DNA from: the human T2T-CHM13v2.0 reference genome, Homo sapiens
Reading direction: 5' to 3' (one strand)
Length of the DNA: 64,000 nt
NCBI RefSeq assembly: GCF_009914755.1
Contig: NC_060935.1
Shown: piece by piece, positions 12,721-27,200 of the stretch
Numbering within the stretch: the first letter of the stretch is position 1
Layout: each line of letters opens with the position of its first letter
Made by a program: the position numbers and the translations under genes
The notes under the pieces: model-generated
Seen by the model: only the letters and a program-made list of their open reading frames with translations
What the model was told of the DNA's origin: nothing
Database searches by the model: none

Positions 12721-13495
12721 TTTGCAAATCTCTATCTACTTTAAGCCTACCCTTACTATAAGAAAAAGTTTAAGTCTCACCTGGACCTCTGCATTGGACT
12801 CTCCTCTTTCTACTGTCTAGGTGCTTTCACCAACTGAGTCACAACACAGTATCTCTCTGTGATAAAATAGCAATATGAGTTTCAAGAATGGGGAGATCAA
12901 GGAGCAATAGTCAAGGGAGGCATCTTAAAGGATAAAAAAAAAAAAAAAACCCTCACGTCGACATTAAAGAATGTATAGAATCAAGGAAAGTAGTGAGGAA
13001 TTTCCAGCCACAGCTAATAATATAATGGATCACGTTCCTTTTATTCATTCAGTGAATCTTTAGTAAGCACTTACTTTGGGCAAGAAGACTATGTTAGCAG
13101 CCTATTACACACTAAGGTTGGTAAATGGATAGGCTTTATTGAGCAGAGGTTATAAGCAGGAATTCATATTGAATAGATTTTGGTGGAACCTAATTACAAA
13201 TGGCCGCAATCCCATCAGACATTGGTGTAGTCATACTCCAAACACTGGGGTGCCTCCTTGACCTTTGTGACGCTTTACTCATTTTCTCAGGTATTGTCTA
13301 GACAGTCCCCTATTAGGCTTCTAATTCCATAAGGATTGAGATTTTTCTTGTCTGTTTTATTCACTAATAAATCTTCACTTCGACTGTAATCAAGCACAGG
13401 ACACACAATTAATAAGTATACGCTAGGCACCGTGCTAAGCCTATGTACCATACTGCATAAAAATGTATTAGTTTATATGTCTCTTCTGTACTACA

Positions 13496-13717
13496 CGAGG
13501 GTTGGCAACCATTTTCTGTAAAGGCCAGTTAGTAAATATTTCTGGTTTTGTGAGCCAGATAACCTCTATCACAATTACCCTACTCTACCCTTGAAGCATG
13601 ACAACAATCACAGATAATATGTAAATGATACAAATTACTGTGTTTCAATAAAACTTTGTTTACAAAAACAAATGGCAAGCTAGATTTGGCCTATGGACTG
13701 TAGCTTGCAGACCTCTG
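13496..13717 (+). mobile_element. MER58A (hAT-Charlie MITE)
   Basis: gggttggcaacc...ctgtaaaggccag...caataaaactttgtttacaaaaac...gatttggcc...gcagacctctg. Confidence 0.85.
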
Positions 13718-13819
13718 TTCTAGATTATACTCCTTGAGGGAAGAATATTACTTGTTTTACATTGCAGTATTTTACCCAAAGCCTGGTCCATAACAGTGCT
13801 CAATAGTAAAAGCTCTAAG

Positions 13820-14045
13820 TTTTTATTCTGTACCAGTCATTCTTTTAAATAATTGACACGTAATAGCATATTTAATCTTCATAACAAACCTATGCAGCTG
13901 ACTTTATTGTCCTCATTTACAGATGAGAAGACTTTGGCCAAGATAGATTAAGTAACTGGCCCAAGATTACATGGCCAGCAAGTGGCAGAGCTGGAAACCT
14001 CAGAGTTGGACCTCAGAATTTGTGCTCTTAATCATATTTTATAGC
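13820..14045 (-). mobile_element. MIR
   Basis: cctcatttacagatgagaagact...aagtaactggcccaagattacatggccagcaagtggcagagctg. Confidence 0.82.
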
Positions 14046-15594
14046 CTCACAATAAATTAGAATAAATTAACCGTTCCAAGCAGAGGATTTTAGACTTCAT
14101 GCAACATGACAGTACTTCTCAAAGTTGTTCAGGGAATAAAACACTCAGAGAACTCTTATTAATATGTTTAATTTCATCAACCAGATTCAGCAAAATCACC
14201 AACAGAAAACAAGACTATGATACATGTGGACAAAAAGAATCACAGATATAAATATCCTGTGCTTTCTCAATAAATGATGCTGCCTTACTGAACTTGATTG
14301 TCTCTGGAATTTGTAAATATTTTCTACTTCTGTATTTGTTTGGTCATCTTCCAGCACTCTACTAGCTCATAGAGATAACAGATGCCAAATATTCTTAAAA
14401 TACTGATGAGGAAATAACTTACAAATGGGTACATTATATCCATTAATTTATTTTTGGTTTGACAATTGGTAAAAGACATATTATTTGACCTTTGTGGAAG
14501 TACACATTGGAACAACACCTGAAATTAAATTCTGAGGTTCCAAAACAGCACAATATTAGAAGGCTTAGCAGATAATGGGAAGCACTGCATGTTTCCAGCA
14601 GAATAAGGGCCGGCAAGGAAAGCCCTGACTACCCAGCCAGGTATCATCAGCCTGTGGTTTATGATTTCAGATATCTCTAAATCCCGCCTGTCTCCATTTA
14701 TCAGCATAGTTCTTCCTGTTCTAACTGATAAATAATTTTACAATCCCAGACACTTAAGTTGAGGTCTCTTTAACTCTGGCAATAACTCAAGCAAAGCAAA
14801 AAGCTGAACAATATTTCTAAAAATCAACATTGGGGGAATGTTTGTATGAAAGCTCAAAGAGAGAAGCAATACCAAATTAAAAAGAAAGAAAAGAAGAAGG
14901 AAGCCCATACTTGGAGACGATCTATCCTAAACATTACATTGGTATTGTCAGCCTGTTTACATTTAGTATGTGTAAATTATTCACAGTCCTGCCACAAGAG
15001 AAGTAAACAGTTCAGATTTGAACCAGGTCATATTTGAGCCTAAGTCGGCTACATATGAATACCCATTATCATTTCCCTACAACACAGTAGGTCTTGGCCA
15101 AGATCACATGCTAAGCCTAGGTCATAATCTTGCATCTGTCTTCAACTTCCTAGGATATAATTTGGCTTTTCTGCCTGTGTTTTTAGTTCTTTATTTGTAA
15201 AATGAGAATAGTAGCCTTGGCCCTCTGCTCCGGAAGGCACTACATACATTTGAAAGGAAGAAATGTAACTCAGAGAATCACAAAACCTCAGCCTAAAAGT
15301 TAAATTATAGAACAATTTCTCCAACCAATAGATTAAAAAATGAGGGTTAGATAGGTTATGTGACTCACCCTAGGTCACAGAAAACATGCTACCATGTGAA
15401 GTATATGATTCTAAAATAATTAAACTTCAGAAGAGTTGGTTTATTTCCCTGCAAGTTTAAAAGACAGTAGTCTTCAGAGAGGTAAATCTATAAAATCAGT
15501 TGCATTTTCAAGTCAGTGGCTCAAGGAAATAAGAAATATTTTCATATATCTTTGTAGTGAAGTTCATATATTAATTGTGCTTTCAAATGCATTG

Positions 15595-15830
15595 TAATTC
15601 AACATTAGTTGAATGTCTATTTTGTGCCAAAACTGTCCTAAGAACTATGAATTAACTAATTTTACCCTTACAACAACCTTAGGGGAGAGATACAACTATG
15701 ATTTTCATTTGACAGATGATGAACTTAAAGATAAAATGGTTAAGTACCTGCCCAGGATCACATGGGACAGGACTCAAACCTAGACTTGCTGGCTCCAGAA
15801 TCTGTCCTCTTATCCATTACACTATATTAC
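15595..15830 (-). mobile_element. MIR
   Basis: cattt gacagatgatgaact...aagtacctgcccaggatcac...ggactcaaacctag...ggctccaga. Confidence 0.8.
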
Positions 15831-18574
15831 CTCAATACTATAACACACTGTCTCAGTATATTTTGCTGTATCATTACATGATTGTTATTTATCACTTCAT
15901 GGTTATAAATTGCTTTCATTTTCTTACCTCATTAATTTTATTAGCATCTATTTATAATTTAGTCCACATTATATGTGATATTTAAAGATAAAGTAGGGTT
16001 TTAGAAAACAAAAGAACACTTTAATGGTTCAGCCTTCAGTAATTTATATAGGGCCACCTCACATATCTTTACTCTGAGTGTATTCTCTCTGCCTAGAAGG
16101 CAGAGGCCAGTTCTTTTGAGGCCTAACTCAAATGCCACCTCCTCTTTGAAGTTTTCCTCACCCTCTCAGGCAAAATGGGTTACTCCCTCCTCTGTACTCT
16201 CGAAGTGTTTTATCCATTTATTACATTGAGTTGTTTACAAATACATCTGCCTGCATCAGAAGAGTCCCTTGCATCTAGCACCAGGACTGGCAGAAAATTG
16301 GCGTTCTCTACCTCAGTGAGTGAATGTGTATATTTTTCAAAAAAAGAGAGCAAAGATTAGCAATTAAGACTCACGTGTATCATCTCTCACCATTGTCATG
16401 GTATGATTGCTGTGTCTGTGCAATTCTGGAAAGCCACATGCTAACAAAAGATACCATATTCATTGGTTTGGTGCCTTAGTTTCCTAAGTGGAGGCATAAA
16501 TTGGAACAATACACTTGTGCATAAGGAGACTGAGGGTATTAAGCTTTGAAATGAGACAGATCAGTGTTTGAGTCCCATTTGGCTACCTAGTAGATGTCTG
16601 ATGGTGGGATACTAATACCATCCTTATTTCTGGGGTGTTATAAAAATAAATGAAAAAAAGGTAGAATTTGTTTAATATTATGTTTGAAGCATAGAATGCA
16701 CCCAATATGTTAGTAGTTATTAATATTAGGACTGTTCTTTGGAAAGATTGTGCATTTGGTACATGCCATATCCTTCTTACTGGCCCTTTATTCATATATA
16801 TTTCCTGCCCCACCCTGGCAAATTCCAGTTCTCTATTCCCAAGCCCAAGTTTTTTAGCCAAAGGACCAAATTCTACGGAGAAAGAGTAGTTGGAAAGTCC
16901 TCAAATTACGTTCTATTGGAAAGCATTTCTATTGCTTACATGGAAGACCAGCTCTGTGATTATGTAACAGCATTTGCTGACTGTAGCATCCCATATGAAC
17001 CCACAGTATTTATTTAGCTCCTTGGTCAAAAACTCTTTCTTGGAACATAGGGCTTCCAAATTTGCCTCTGGGTTGTTTGTGCTTGGCTCCAGTAAAAGGC
17101 TAAGTAAACATTAAGCTAATAAGCTGTGATCTTTCAATCACCATTATTTCCAGTCCCCAAAGTTAGCTCAGTATACAGCCAGAAAGACACAGACGTGTCT
17201 TAGGGGAAGTAGGAATTCCACATCAATAAAACACCAGAGTCATATGACAGAGTAAACTCTGGTGGGAGTACTCTTTTGGGAGTTCTGCTCGCTGTCCAAT
17301 CCAAGCATCATTAAATGGCCCTGCCTTGCCTACAGAATTTCAGTGGCCAATATTTAGGTCTCTATAAAATAAAATATTCTTAACTACAGAAACATACTAC
17401 TTGCCAGCTACAAACCCTGACAATTCCTAAAAGACATCTATGTTCTCTATAACTGACCACAGACCCAAGCTTCAAGCACTGGTCTCCAAAAGAACTTTGC
17501 CTGACAATAAACATAGGTTGAATTTCAGTTTGACCATAACACACTTCTTAGACTTGATTTTAATATTTGGCATCTGGGTCCTTTGGACAGCGCTACAGGT
17601 AGGCACCTGCTTATACGTGGCTTTTGCTGCTGAGGCTGGCTCATTAGAGACGCTTCCCACCAGAGACAAAATTATATATAGCCTGACTTTGCTTTAATGC
17701 TCAGGAACTTCTGCTTCACAAATGCAAATGATGGATTCTAAATGAATCAAGGGTCCATTTCTATTTCTAGGATTTCCATGGGCTTGGAGGCTTCACACGG
17801 AATCTTAATGGTGATTGCTTTTGGGTAATATTTCCATTCAGACATCTAAAAATGCTATATAACATTAAAATTCTCCACAGAATGATTCAAGGCAATGAAT
17901 GTATAATAATTACTTAATGCTCAACTCTATGATGAATGTTCTAGGGGCTCAGGAGGTTTACAGCAGGAAAATATAAAACAGAGCCCCTTCCTTGTTTTAA
18001 TTGGGTGAAAGGGCATGCATCTACAGTACTTGGCAAACACCTTCTAGAGTATTTACACTTGTTTGTAATTACGCCTTTGTATCTGCTTCTTCAAGAGTGC
18101 TATGACTTATTGGATACAAGACCTCAGTCTTTTACTTCTGCAGATCCCTAAAGCTTAGCACAGTGCCTACTACCATGTTAGTTTCTTAAAAAAATAAAAT
18201 AATTGTAATATCTGTAGTAAGGTGGTGTAAATAAGAGGTAAACATAATATATCACATTGATGTTCAGAGGAGGAAGATTATAATATTAATCACTTATTTA
18301 ATTGCGACTATAATGTTAATTAGTCACAAAGGATCACAGAAAAGGTGAACTTGATTTACTTGTGAAAGAAAAGGTCAACCTTGTGTATATAGAAAGATAT
18401 GAGTTGGATGTTCTCTTGGGCGTGGGAGAACTACAGGACAAAAGAAAAGGTAGAAATGTATATAGACAATGAGGAAAAAAAAACTGGTTAAGTAAAGGCT
18501 TAGAAATTAGTGACTTTAAAGATTGGTTCTGTGGGAGTGGTAATTCTGAAATATTTTCAAGGGGAAAGAATAAG

Positions 18575-18790
18575 AATTAGCATATAATAAATATCTACTA
18601 TGTTCCAGGTCTTTGCAAGGTATTTTGCACATACCATCTCATTTTAAAGAAAAATATTATTGTACATACTTAACAGATGAAGACACTAAACTTAGAGAAA
18701 ATAGCTTGTCTAAGGACATGGTGAGTGAGTGGCAAAGTGGGGATTTGAACCTACTTCTACTGAACTCATGTTCTTTTTATTCCTCATAGT
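18575..18790 (-). mobile_element. MIR
   Basis: taacagatgaagacactaaacttagaga...gagtggcaaagtggggatttgaacc. Confidence 0.75.
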
Positions 18791-19021
18791 GTCTTTTATT
18801 CGCCCATAAAGGTGAAAAGTCTTCCCCTTGGGTCTTACACTATTACGAATCATCCTGGTATACTCCAAATCCTCTATCTGCCGTAAATGAAATAAAGGAA
18901 TATTTAATGTCAGTTTTTCTCCTCCACACAGAAATAAACAATTTTCCCTAAATTCCAACTCCTCTTATATTTGAATATAATTCTCTCACTTATTTCTATA
19001 ACAAAATGTAAATTCTTTTAA

Positions 19022-19372
<351 letters not shown>

Positions 19373-19379
19373 TGATTTT

Positions 19380-19413
19380 TGATGATGATGATGATGGTGA
19401 TGATGACAATGAC
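19380..19413. repeat. (GAT)n trinucleotide repeat
   Basis: gatgatgatgatgatggtgatgatgacaatgac. Confidence 0.85.
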
Positions 19414-20107
19414 AATAGTTAAATAGGACAATGAAAACAATTTCAAGTTTTTCATTGTTCACCAAACTTTGCACAGCCCCTGATGCATAATACACTGGAG
19501 CTCTGGGCTGATAAATACAGTCCTCTAACAAGTTGAGGTTCTTCTCAGGTCAGATATAACTAGCACATTCAATATTTATAAAGCAATGTTTCCCCTGTTG
19601 AGAATCTGCTCTGTAGTTATATATTGAAATGTAAATATATTGAAATGGAACTTTGCACAACAGTGTGGGGAGTAGGCTCACGCTCCATGCTTCCTTAATT
19701 GACTGGAGATGAGTAAAGCCTTTATATAGGACTTCAGTGGTCTTCTGCTTGGTTGGTGCCCATCACGTGATCTACACAAGCTCAGAATTTTCAGCATGGG
19801 TCTTTGAACTGAATGTATAATTGATAGTAGAAGTGGGTAAAAATTCCAACACAGGGTATCATACCAGTGTAGCTCATGCCTGACCTACCCCACTACCTCC
19901 CTATGTTATTATGAAAGCTATTTGTAGCAAAAATACATGGTGTAAATACAAAGCAGAGTGATCAACCCAGCTCAATGCCTGAGTCTCAGCATGCAACCAT
20001 GATCCTACATACAGGCCCAACCTTTCTCCTGTATCCAATTCATTTTTAATCCTGGATTTTGCTTAGCTATTGTCCCTACCTCCAAGTTATATCCTAAGAA
20101 TTGTATC

Positions 20108-20109
<2 letters not shown>

Positions 20110-20158
<49 letters not shown>
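20110..20158. repeat. (GT)n microsatellite
   Basis: ~20 perfect GT units. Confidence 0.97.
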
Positions 20159-20159
<1 letters not shown>

Positions 20160-20669
20160 CATGCACTAAGATGCTTTGTAAGCACTTGTTTGTTCATTAG
20201 TTCATTCATCCATTCACCATCATTTATGAAACTCCTGTCATGTGCCAAAAATACTGTGAAATGATAAGGACATAAATGTTAATAAAACAAAACTGTAAAA
20301 TCTCTAAATATGCTCCTCCACCCAAGCAACTTTCACTTAAAGGCAGTTTTTCAAGCACTACGCAAATGAATGCATAAGTATAATGACAGACAAAACTAAA
20401 AGGTCTGTAGCTGAAACTGAAGAAAGGAGTCCTGCCCATGCCCACTTCATGCCCAGTCTACTTTCCAATCACATCCTCCTAAAACACTTTTGTCCAACTA
20501 ATCCCTCCTTAGCCCCACCCCAGCCCCACTCCCACTGCCATCTCTGCTCTAACAGCCCCTGCCACTGACAGGGTGCTATAAGCTTTAGATGGAGGAAACA
20601 AATGAAGAGACAAATTGAGAACAACAAGAATTTACATTTCCCACTTAGATTATTAACCCTCACAATGGC

Positions 20670-21110
20670 AATGGCAACGGCCCAGGCCCCACAATGTGCT
20701 AAGCACATACACGGTGCTTTACAATCATCCTCTCACACAATCCTTAACTACCATTTACAGATAGCATATTATTGTCTTGATCTCATAGAAAAGAAAACTG
20801 AAACTTCACGAGGGAGAGTAACTTGCTCCAGATTAAACACGTAGTAGAGATAGAGCCAGACTTGAACCCAAGCTGCTGGACTCTTCTATTGCCATGAGCA
20901 AACTAGGGGTAAAGAACTCTGTGATATAGTGAAACACTATCGGACAGATTGTGATTCCAATTTCTATTCCACCTTTTATTAGGTGGGTAACCATATACCA
21001 ATTACTTAGCTTTCCTCACCCTCAGTTTCCTAATATTAAAAAAATAAAGATACTAAAATATCAAATTTATATATTTACTATGAAGATCACCTGAAATCTT
21101 ATGTGAGGCT
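20670..21110. mobile_element. Two adjacent MIRs in opposite orientation (minus ~20670-20890, plus ~20920-21110)
   Basis: aactgaaact...taacttgctccag...agagccagacttgaaccc and ttacttagctttcctcaccctcagtttcct cores. Confidence 0.65.
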
Positions 21111-23858
21111 TATTAACTGCAGGGGCCTTGTCTTTTCACTGATGTGTTCATGTCCCTAGCACAATGCCAGGCATGCATTTCAATAAATATTTGACAAGAA
21201 ATACCATACTGCTTAGCCCACTGCAAGGCACACAGGATGTGCTCACTAAATATTCTCTCCTCTAATCCACAGAATTTCCTTTACAAAAATATCTTAGAGT
21301 CATCTGTTTCAACACTCCTTATCATATGGCAAAAGAAATAGCAGTAGTAGTGATAAGTTGAAAGAATGTGGGAAAGCTAGCTAAAGATACTTCTATTTCT
21401 TTCTTTAATGCTGCGTATTCAAAGCTAAGTATTCTGGCAGCTGATAACTTATTTCCCCCAAAATGCAAAAAGCAGAGGTAAAAATAATGTATTTCAACTA
21501 AAATTGCCTTATCAAGTTCTCATCTTTAACAAACCCATAGGACTATCTTGAAGTAGTTAGAGAGACTCATTATCTCTTATCCCTTACCTTCTAAATATTC
21601 TCTATAGTAAATTGCAGTGGCTCCCATAATAACTTGCCACAAGACTCTAGAAGAGCATTGCAGGACCAATTCTCAGCAAAAAAGGTCAAATGTCTAATTA
21701 CCTTTCACAACTAAATAATTTCAGGATCTCATAAAATACAACTTTTTGAGAGCCTTTAGGTAAAGTGCTGCTGACATAATGTACCGCTGACATACTTAAA
21801 GGATGTGTCTATGGTAACATATGCCTATTATTGGAAACTTCTAACTCCCACATTAATTCTTGAGCATTCAGTCACAGAATCAAATCGGAGGGAAAAATAT
21901 CTGCACTATATTGTAATTTCAGAACAAAGACAAACATGAAGCATTTTGCCCAAGGCCTCATCAGAGAGAGAGCTGCAAGGGAACAAATTCCTGAGAATAA
22001 CCCATTTGCCCACTCTATAGACTGCCTCCTGGCTGTTTCAATAAGGTATCTGCAGAGGAACTCTGATACCATTATTCATTAACTGTTCCAGAGACAGCCT
22101 ACATTATTATAATCCTCTTTTCATTTAGATTAAAAACACATTTATAGTGAAAGGGGAAATGTGAATTTTTAGAAAGACAGGAGGATGGCTATAGTTAACA
22201 GCTTAATTTCAGGATCTCCTTGGAGATATATATTCAGATGATTCATATGAAGGCATGCTGCACACATGTCTACACTTAACACAATTTATAGCACAAAATA
22301 AGTGCTCAATAAAAGGCATTCATTGTCATGCTCGTGATTATCATCATCATTACAATCTTTCCTACATCTGAGTTGCTTACTCTGCAGGTAACTTGGCATC
22401 AGAGAATATCTGAACTGAAAGAAAACTTAAAACTCACCTGGCACAAGTCCTTGACTTTACACAGGGGAAACGGGAGGATGTCTTTGTGAAGGTTACCCAG
22501 TAAAGTAATGGAAACTTTTAGAACTAGGACCTCTGTTCTCTTCATACCTCTAAGGTGCATTAATTAAAATATATCTATTTTGTAAAATATATTTCCACTT
22601 AATGAAGCTAACCGTATTACCAGTCAAAGCTTTCTGGAATCACTCTTAGGAAACATGGCTATAAAAATAAGAAAAAACATTAAGGCAGCCTAACTTCATT
22701 ATTAATTTACGATTCAAAGAAAAGATCAGTGTATAATATATTTGTTCATTTTCCCTTCTCTGGCATATATCAGAAAAAAAACAGAAAAGTATTTGATTGG
22801 AAATCATCTTTGTGACCTCTTTGGTTTGCCCATTAAAATGAAATTCATATACAACCTTCAGGTCAATTTCCAGATAATATCTGATCCTTGGCATTTTTAC
22901 TGAATTTCTGCTGCTAAGGAGCATTAGTAATTAGGTTAACTGATTTTTGAAATTTAATTCTGCCACTACTCATAAACAATATTACCACCATTAAATTTTA
23001 ATTAATAAATACATTGACAATAATGAAAAAGCTATAATGTAGCCACTAAGTCCAATTCCATTTTCATCTATTCTATGCCCCAAAATATTCATTTCTAACT
23101 CTTAAATGAAATGAAGATCCTATAATATTGTTTGCTTTGCTATACATGGAGAAAATAAAGTACAAGACAACATCCCTCTGCCGTTAATATGTCAGAGTTT
23201 GTTTTTTCATTCAATGAGCATTAAATGAATATTAAATGTGCAGGCACTGATGTAAAAATATTCATGCACTAAGTTTATTGCACTTAGTCTTTACACAGTT
23301 TATGTGGGGTAAGCAAAATTACACCTATTGCAGATGTGAAAACAGAGGCTTAGGTTAATAGCAGCTACAGGAGCCTACCCCAGGTCTTTCTAATTTTAAA
23401 ATTAATGTAGAGATAGACATTTAAACCAAAAATGAAATATAATACAACCAACAGTATGATAGATATGTGAATAAAATACACAAGAATACACAGAAACACA
23501 TATACGAAGTGTGATTAATTATCAAATGGTTAGAAAATTATTTTCATATCCATGTCCTCAGCTGGCCAAAATAATTCATAATTATCTTTGGAAGGAAACT
23601 TTGCCGTGTATATTTTAATATTATTTATACAGTAAATTTTGAGCACTCTATACATTGTATAAATAGATCATAAGATATCTAAATGTTTCATAAATTGCAG
23701 TACTGCACCTACTACTGTAGGACAAACTGCAAGTTTTCCCAGTATGTTCTGTATCACAGCATCTTGGGAAAATATTAAGCCAAATTTTATCCAACACAGC
23801 AGTAAATGTGTTCAGTGAGACCTAAGGTCAGACTTCTTGATCTCCCAGTGGCTGGGTT

Positions 23859-23878
23859 TTTGTGTGTGTGTGTGTGTG
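23859..23878. repeat. (TG)n short microsatellite
   Basis: TG run. Confidence 0.85.
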
Positions 23879-24755
23879 CACGGTTTTAAACTTTAGAAAA
23901 AAATTATGATATCAAATGTTCTCTTTAGATTGCACCCTCCACTTGGGAAGAGGTGCCATCACAGAAGTAAGGACACAATATCCTTACTGAAGTGAAGAAA
24001 TACAGCCTTGGTGAACACCAAACACAAGAGACTAATATCTGAAGATAGAAACTGTGCGGGACTTAAATGATCCAATTCAGAGGCATTCAAGTGCTATGGA
24101 TGAGGGGTCATCAAGACTAAAAGAATTTATAAAATTAACTATTTTTAATTTCTCCATTTTGTTCATGTGTTAACTTCTATTTCTTCTCAGTAATCAGCAA
24201 CAAAACCTTAAAAGGAAATGGGCCTACGGAAAGTGAGGAGTCAGAAAAACTGCATTCCATTCCACAGACAGCCTTGTGAGGAGATGCATTTCAATTACTA
24301 GAGGTAGTCTCTCCAGCTACTAAAGGTAAGGAAAATATGCTAAGAATCTGAGATCTGCAGTCAAATTAAATAGGAGAACACGGGGAGATCGGCGCCTAAA
24401 AAAGGGCCTCTTATCTAAAATCTGGAAAGAAACATAGGAAGCTTCCTATACTGTTATCCTCTGCCTCCATTAACCTGGCCCAGGAAAGATACGAGTCTTC
24501 TAAATAAGGCAGAACTCAGTTTAAATTCACTTTTTAAAGTTTCTGTACATACTTCCAAACTGGGATAATATATCTTCTTCGAAGGACTTGGAGAAAGATT
24601 AGTTTGCTCATTCAATATGTGTTTAATGAATAAAGCACATGTTTGGTATTTATTGGTGAGGCAGATAATAGGTGTATGTTGTATACTATCTAGTAGCAAG
24701 AGTAAAGGTTACTCTTCTTTCATCATAATTAGCTTAAAGCTGGAAATGGTAGTAG

Positions 24756-24826
24756 ATCTATCTATCTATCTACCATGTATCTCGCTGTCTATCTATCTAT
24801 CTGTCTGTCTGTTTGTATATCTATAT
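24756..24826. repeat. (TCTA/TCTG)n degenerate repeat
   Basis: atctatctatctatct...ctgtctatctatctatctgtctgtctg. Confidence 0.85.
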
Positions 24827-26559
24827 CACAGTGTGTGCATTACCAACATACCCCAGTTAGTATTACAGTTCACATAAAAATGAAGCCATTCTGATTGCAG
24901 CAGGAACTGGGCCAGAACCCAGTAGCTTAACCATCTTTCTCACATAATATGTTTCCTGAGGCACCACAACAGAACCCTAGAACTCATAGGTCCATGATTC
25001 AAAACCATCACAGAAAACAATAGTTATTATTCCTGAGAGGGAAAAACATGACTTGAATAGTCCTATCAAATGAATAGTTGGAAAGTATTATAAAGGAAGG
25101 ATTGGAAGACGAATCTACTGGTGGCAAGAAGACCATCTGGGAGGCTCTGGCATAGTCTTGGCATGTGACGAGGAAAGACAGCATTGAGAATTGAAATTGA
25201 AAGATATTTTTAGAAAGGCAACTTTGGTGACAGACACTATGTATGGTTAATTATAATTTTATCTTAACCAAAAATTGGGATCATACATGGTCTTTCCGAA
25301 GATTTATGTGCCCATGTATAAGTGAAGGATATAAAATCAGAAATTGGAAAGAACATCACATTTCTGGCATTTCTGAGACTTTCTACAGTACACGGGAAAA
25401 CAGAAATAATTTTAAAGATTCTGAAAGTATGGGGCGTTGGATCATCAAACACATAGAGATAAAAGAGAAGCTAAGGTTTTTAGTCTAAGAGACTGGAAAT
25501 CCAGTAATTAAACTGAGGGAAATAGAAAAATAGAAGCGAGAAATGGTTTGCCCTCCATTGGTCTGGGATGCAATAACTCTGAGGTGATGGCTGGACCTAC
25601 TGAGCCAAAATGCCTATAGGCAACTAGAATTACACATTGGTAAAACAAAATAAAAACATCATTTTAAATAACTTCCAAAGAAATCAACAGATTATAAACC
25701 AACTGCTTGTAATTCCAGCTCAATGTTTTTAAGAAGGCAAGCCATACTTTCTTACTGTAGTATAGAAATTACAAAATCTTGAGCCATACTTGGTTTTTTG
25801 AAGAATGAGGCAACTATCGGGAACACATCTTTAAAACTTTAAAAAACAGGAATTGGAAAGGTCATTTCATAAATGAAATATGCTGGTTGCCAGTGAAAAA
25901 TTACTCACTAAGAAATGGATAATCCACAAGCCCTAGAAAGGTCAAAAAGGCTGCCAAGGTAGCCCTGATAGAAGAGACTACAAAACAAACACAAAATGAA
26001 TGCAAGCTGTTCTTTGGGGCAGGGGCTGACAAATATTCTCAAGCAGGATGCTCACCAAAAGTAATTTTCTCTTATACCAAGAGAAATGTGGCAGATAGAA
26101 AATGTGTTGATGTATTGTGATTTAATTTCAATTTTGTTTCATAGAAGAGATAGAGAAAAAGTTGGACCTTTATTTCAGTATTATTTTTTAAACTCATGAT
26201 GTGGCAAATGACCCCTTTAGTGAATCTTACTTGAAGAACATGATATACCTGCAGATAATTAAGATAAAAAACTGAGGAGTCAGATCATTTTAACTTCCTT
26301 CTAATGTTATATTTCCATGATTGGAAAAATCCTCAAAGCAATTCTCAAAGACTGAAAATTGCATAACCTGGAAAAATCACACAATGAGTACATTTTTGCA
26401 ATCATTAAACCTTTGTTGTTTCAGTAAACAACATATAAACTGATCAGCTATGTTCATTTTCAATATATTTTCTAAGAAAATAAGCTTCTAAAAGGTCCTG
26501 TTCTTCAGAATAAGCAATCTGTATTTCAGTGGAATAACCTAGAAAAGCCAATAAATGGA

Positions 26560-27200
26560 AACCATATTGTTAGAAATAATCAAAGAAGCAACTTTTAGAC
26601 AATCATGTTAAAGAACTAAAAAGAAGTATATGCAAACATTTATATGAATAGAAGTTTATAAAACTTTATTTATAATAACCAAATGTAAATATTCTAAATG
26701 TTCAAAAAAGGGAAGCAATTAAATAGCCATAAGACATCCATGTAGTTAAATACAAAGCAGTCATTAAAATCATTTTTAGAATAAAATTATATATGACAAA
26801 ATTCATAACATCTAACATATATAATAGATTTAGCACAATGCATATTTTGTAATAAATATTTGTGTATATGTACATGTACCTGTGTGCACTGAAGAGAATG
26901 GAGGAGAATATAACAGAATAATAACAGAGGTAACTTCTGTGTGGGGAGTGGTTCTTAACTTTTGGGGAGTCAGATGCTCCCTTGAGTGCCTAATGAAAGC
27001 TGTGAACTCTTGCAAGGTCAATACACCTAAAACTTACCTAAAGAATAAAAGTCATTACGTATCCCTTAGAGTCTGTCCATGAACTCCAATCCAGAATGAG
27101 CCTTTTGAGGGTAATGGTATTATAAAAATTTTTATTTTAGTTTCTGTACTTCTGTATGTTAAGAACAATTATACTGAAATGTATGTTACTTTCTTATGGA
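26560..27200 (+). mobile_element. Ancient L1ME-type 3' fragment with probable hAT MITE insert (~26947-27090)
   Basis: Decayed L1 3'-like A-rich tract; gtggttcttaacttttggggagtcagatgctcccttgag resembles a Charlie-family MITE end. Confidence 0.45.

Noticed and set aside
17575-17595. REST/RE1 site (ggacagcgct)
   Set aside because: Right half-site only; the tcagcacc half is absent
21588-21646. Minus-strand exon candidate (VLWQVIMGATAIYYREYLE) ending at AAG/gtaag
   Set aside because: Weak acceptor, phase incompatible with the other candidates, peptide not recognised
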